Positions 24,691 to 28,273 of a stretch of 28,273 nucleotides of DNA are shown one piece after another. The notes beneath the pieces are model-generated. The model saw only the letters and a list, made by a program, of their open reading frames with translations. It did no database searches and had not been told where the DNA came from. The stretch is from positions 1 through 28,273 of IMG/VR virus record IMGVR_UViG_3300025508_000120; one strand, 5' to 3'. Source of the stretch: a virus. Its lineage: Duplodnaviria > Caudoviricetes. The translations under genes were made by a program, and so were the position numbers. The stretch's first letter is position 1; every line of letters begins with the position of its first letter.

Positions 24691-25882
24691 TTTCTATTCC
24701 TTTATTTTTATCTAAAACTGTATCTAAATTTTCGTAAGGTATTTGATTGTTTGTGCTTATCATGTAATCATCTATACCTCCTGGTAAGTCCTCGTAGTTA
24801 CGTGCCTCATTCGGCTTCAACCAACTGTTTTGTATGCCTTGGGCATAGAACGCAGAACGTGTTGCCATATCCCCTCTCATCAAACCATTGACGTTATACC
24901 TCCATTTGTAGGTGTTACGTTGATCGGTTCTGACCAACTTCTTATTCTCTGCCTCAAACTTATGTACGTAACTCATTATCGTGTATTGAACAAACTGTGT
25001 GTTGGTGTTCTCAACGTTATTATACTTAGCATCTCCCATCTCATTTATTAAGTGAGTAGGTATGCCCAATATCGTTGCTATTTCGCTCTTCTGAAACCTT
25101 CTTGACTCTATGTATTGAGCATCTTGGTTAGACATCATAATGGGCACATACTCTTGCCCTGCATCTAACACGGGTGTTCCCATATTGGATGCGCCTGAAT
25201 TACTTCTACCCCAACTTTCTTTTAAAGACTTCTTTACCTCTAAAGTCAAGCTTCCATCTACTTTTAGATAACCATTTGACAAAAACCCTTTGTCGTAGCT
25301 ATTCTTGCCATACTCTTGAGCGGAAACAGTAGCCCCTAAACTAACTGCGTGTGCCCTTATTGGATTAACACCCATGTACGCATCGTGGCTCAAGCCTTTA
25401 ATGTGATACATATCCTCATAAAGCACCTCTATTGTGTCATCTATCTCATAGACAACTGCATTGCCATAGACCTTTATTTTAACTTTATCGGGGTGTATTG
25501 GTGTTAAATGTGTCGGATTATTATTTGAATCTCTATGTATAATAGAATAACCGTTACCGTAATTTAACACAGACTGCATAATGTAGTCATGCCATGCGTA
25601 GGAATCTAAGTTGTCATTAACCATATCTGTAATTATAGGTACAGATGGCATATCATAAACCGACTCTCTATCTTCCGAGTCCATTTTAATCAAATGCTTT
25701 GGCAACCCTGCCACAATATTTGATAGTACTTGCGTACCTCTCCACCATGAGGCAATCCCACTAACACTTTCGGTATTGACACCACTTGAACTGAATCCCA
25801 AACCATGAGCAAAATCGTAGTATGGGTTAGCCCCAATGCTTCGTTTATCCGCTCTCTTTATGTCAAAACCAAATATCTTCAT
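24683..25882 (-). CDS. Portal protein, HK97 family
   Basis: YGNGY, P.HPDKV, MYHIKG, DAQYIESR, EIA.ILGIP, PNEAR..EDL. Confidence 0.95.
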   Translation of the reverse strand: MKIFGFDIKRADKRSIGANPYYDFAHGLGFSSSGVNTESVSGIASWWRGTQVLSNIVAGLPKHLIKMDSEDRESVYDMPSVPIITDMVNDNLDSYAWHDYIMQSVLNYGNGYSIIHRDSNNNPTHLTPIHPDKVKIKVYGNAVVYEIDDTIEVLYEDMYHIKGLSHDAYMGVNPIRAHAVSLGATVSAQEYGKNSYDKGFLSNGYLKVDGSLTLEVKKSLKESWGRSNSGASNMGTPVLDAGQEYVPIMMSNQDAQYIESRRFQKSEIATILGIPTHLINEMGDAKYNNVENTNTQFVQYTIMSYVHKFEAENKKLVRTDQRNTYKWRYNVNGLMRGDMATRSAFYAQGIQNSWLKPNEARNYEDLPGGIDDYMISTNNQIPYENLDTVLDKNKGIENE

Positions 25883-26235
25883 TACTTTAGTTTGTTGTTT
25901 AATCCACGTATACCATCTTTTGACATCATAGTCAATTGGTAGGGTTTTTTATCGTCCGCTAACTCCAAGTTTTCATCTATAAGAATACCATTCCAATATT
26001 CAATATTACCATCAGATATAGTTAGTGCAACTTGATCGCCTTTCAAAACATACTCAATAAGTTCATCTACTTCATTTGAGTCGTTTAGTACATTTATATA
26101 ACATTGTGCTAATTCCAAACACTCAACTATATCTGTACCCGAAGACATCAATGTTATTTCATGACCAAGTATATTGACCCCTTTTAGTGCCTTACCATTC
26201 GCATTTAAAATGTATTTGTATTTGTTCTCTTTCAT
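25882..26235 (-). CDS. Hypothetical protein
   Basis: 117-aa ORF, TAATG-coupled to the portal. Confidence 0.75.
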   Translation of the reverse strand: MKENKYKYILNANGKALKGVNILGHEITLMSSGTDIVECLELAQCYINVLNDSNEVDELIEYVLKGDQVALTISDGNIEYWNGILIDENLELADDKKPYQLTMMSKDGIRGLNNKLK

Positions 26236-26241
26236 TAACTG

Positions 26242-26990
26242 TAAGGTATTGCTGAACCACCACTAATTGCTGATATAAAAGGTACTATATAATCTTCAAT
26301 CATCACTTTAAAATCTTATATTAACTGAATTGTAATTTTGTAAAATCTCATCAGCAGTTAATTCCCTATCATATCTCATTAAAACATAAGTATTGCCATC
26401 TCCATATCTTGTTCCAGTATCATCTTTACCTGAAAACCAACTTCCAGTTATAGGTGTAGCACCTCTTGTAATCGTTGCGGTTGAAGTTGCTACTTCAACT
26501 CCATCTACATATACTTTATGACTATTGCTACCATTTGTAGTATAAGCATAACAATGAGGAATTGTAATATCCGTAATTGTTTCAGTGCCAATATTAGTAA
26601 ACCCACCTGATGAATTTGCTAAAAAGAAACTTACGTTTTTAGTTCCTGCTGTTGGATGTATTACATGACCATTTCCACTCCTTTGAGAACTTAACCAACC
26701 TGATACGTTCCATGTTGCTGTGTCTGACTTTCCCCAAACTATTATAGTTTCTTCATCAGTAGCAGGATATCCAGATTGTGAAACATATGATGAAGTCCCA
26801 TTAAAATTTAAAGAACCTAAATCAGCTGTATCGTAAGTAGGAGAACTTGTTAAAGTCATGTCATTTGAATTTCCACTAATATCATTCCAAGTTGAACCTG
26901 TTTTTGGGTAAGAATATCCTCTCCCACAATCCAACCACGCAGTTAAGTTAGTATCTACAATCGATGGAAAATAAGGTATTCCTGAACCAC
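26242..26990. repeat. 19-bp imperfect direct repeats flanking the second LamG domain
   Basis: TAAGGTATTGCTGAACCAC (26242-26260) versus TAAGGTATTCCTGAACCAC (26972-26990): 18/19 identical, 730 bp apart. Confidence 0.8.
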
Positions 26991-27735
26991 TATTATATAA
27001 TTTTTTAACATCTGTGGCCGATAATACCTTGCTCCAATAACCAACTTCATCTATTAATCCATCCCAAGCTATCGATGTTCCCGTGAGTCCTGCAAATTTA
27101 TCAGCAGATCCCATCCTGATATTTGCCAAACTGCCTACTTTTACGGTGGTGACATTTGTGGGACTTCTACTATTTTCTAAAGACCCATTGATGTACATCT
27201 TTATGCCATTCGTCTTATTCTCGTAAGTACATACTATGTGATACCATGTCGCAGTTGCTGGTGTAATGGTTGACGCTAAATTATCAAAAGCCAACCCACT
27301 ACTGACATACCAATAGAACTTCCCTGCCACTATGGCTAATGCATAAACTCTATTGTTGTTAGCACCACCCTCATCCCATTGTGAGAATACAACTGGATAG
27401 GTTGCGCTAAAACTTTCAGCTTTAACCCAACATGAAATGCTAAATACTTCACCTCCACTAATATCAACTTGATCCCCTGAAGTAATCGATAAATATTCAT
27501 TATTGGTTTGCTCAAAATCCGCAGCATTTCCTTGTATACCACTAGCTGTAAAACCCACAGAATTATTATCGGTTAAATCATTTTCAGCTAAATTATTAAC
27601 ATCAAACCTTTCACCACTTTCCGCCTCTAATTCCCAATAAGAAGTCAAATCAATAGGCAACGTATTGTCACCACTAACACTTGTCGCATTAGGTGCTTGA
27701 GTCTGTCTTAATCTATGTAGAGTTATGTCGTTCAT
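26308..27735 (-). CDS. Tandem LamG/concanavalin A-like lectin domain protein (putative receptor binding)
   Basis: Domain 1: FSISCWVK, WYHIVCTY, MYING, GLIDEVGYW...LS...V..LYNSG. Domain 2: LD.G..YSYP..GSTWNDISGN, VYVDG, YDRELTADEILQNYN. Confidence 0.88.
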   Translation of the reverse strand: MNDITLHRLRQTQAPNATSVSGDNTLPIDLTSYWELEAESGERFDVNNLAENDLTDNNSVGFTASGIQGNAADFEQTNNEYLSITSGDQVDISGGEVFSISCWVKAESFSATYPVVFSQWDEGGANNNRVYALAIVAGKFYWYVSSGLAFDNLASTITPATATWYHIVCTYENKTNGIKMYINGSLENSRSPTNVTTVKVGSLANIRMGSADKFAGLTGTSIAWDGLIDEVGYWSKVLSATDVKKLYNSGSGIPYFPSIVDTNLTAWLDCGRGYSYPKTGSTWNDISGNSNDMTLTSSPTYDTADLGSLNFNGTSSYVSQSGYPATDEETIIVWGKSDTATWNVSGWLSSQRSGNGHVIHPTAGTKNVSFFLANSSGGFTNIGTETITDITIPHCYAYTTNGSNSHKVYVDGVEVATSTATITRGATPITGSWFSGKDDTGTRYGDGNTYVLMRYDRELTADEILQNYNSVNIRF

Positions 27736-28271
27736 ATTTCTAAGAAAAAGTATTCAATTCTAGTCCCATTATATGTTACAATCATATACATATTTGTACT
27801 GATCTCCCAAGTCGCTCCTGTTATTAACGTGCCACCTGTTACTGTTGGCTGCGAAGTTGTATTAATTAATACTTGGGCAAAGCCCCCAAGTGAATTAGTC
27901 GATGTAGTGTATGTAGTTAATGTTTTTGCCGCACCCGATGTTCCCGTATAGTAATTGCCCGAAGAATTGTCCATCACCAAAACAGATGTGGCTGCGGTTG
28001 TGTCTTGAGTAGGTGAACCTGATGCAGGTAAATTCGTGAAGTTTGTTGCATCTAATACAGGTGCTGCCCCACTTACCAAACTTTGGTTTAATGCTTTCAC
28101 ATCCGCTATAGATGTTAATTCAGAGTCCATCAACGCTCCTGCTGCCGTTACCGATGTACTATCTGTCACATCTGCGTTAGTAGCTATTGTATCTAACTTT
28201 GTGCCATCTGTGGCTATATCTCTACCATCTACTGTACCACTTGCTAAAATATCGCCATCTACTTCTAATCC
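27732..28271 (-). CDS. Fibre-like structural protein, 5' truncated by the window edge
   Basis: Frame open to the window end: GTVDGRDIATDGTKLD.I...ADVTD...V.AAGALMDSE, a motif typical of phage fibre shafts; T/S/G-rich. Confidence 0.75.
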   Translation of the reverse strand, partial: GLEVDGDILASGTVDGRDIATDGTKLDTIATNADVTDSTSVTAAGALMDSELTSIADVKALNQSLVSGAAPVLDATNFTNLPASGSPTQDTTAATSVLVMDNSSGNYYTGTSGAAKTLTTYTTSTNSLGGFAQVLINTTSQPTVTGGTLITGATWEISTNMYMIVTYNGTRIEYFFLEI

Positions 28272-28273
28272 TG

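Noticed and set aside
26308-28273. Diversity-generating retroelement or invertase shufflon acting on the receptor-binding genes
   Set aside because: No reverse transcriptase or invertase in the window, no roughly 100-bp TR/VR pair differing at adenines, and the repeats found are direct and 19 bp.

Overview
This window is about 28 kb of a tailed dsDNA phage (HK97-fold capsid, long non-contractile tail). It very likely infects Bacteroidota (Flavobacteria-like), judged from a DUF3127-like gene, TAnnTTTG promoter boxes and a T9SS-cargo-like gene. Essentially all real genes are on the minus strand and tightly coupled by ATGA/TAATG overlaps. In transcription order (right to left): (1) fibre/LamG cassette; (2) portal, prohead protease, major capsid, head-tail joining, major tail, frameshifted tail chaperone, tape measure, tail protein; (3) HNH, secreted T9SS-cargo-like protein, patatin, holin, M15 endolysin; (4) metallophosphoesterase; (5) ERF recombinase, a DnaA-domain-IV-only protein, an iteron origin (9x ATGTCCCA), primpol-helicase, SNF2-type helicase, an AT-rich glycosyltransferase, VRR-NUC, glucosaminidase, DUF3127; (6) small early genes, one possibly Ocr-like; (7) an 11-bp-phased ATGACA array next to a possible packaging site. 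I saw no terminase, integrase, repressor, spanin, tRNA or CRISPR array in the window. The strongest leads are the mini-DnaA/iteron/primpol replication unit with a possible second repeat array, a spanin-less lysis cassette containing a phospholipase and a T9SS-like protein, and a 730-bp second-LamG cassette flanked by 19-bp in-phase direct repeats. All product calls come from motifs recognised by eye, not from database searches.
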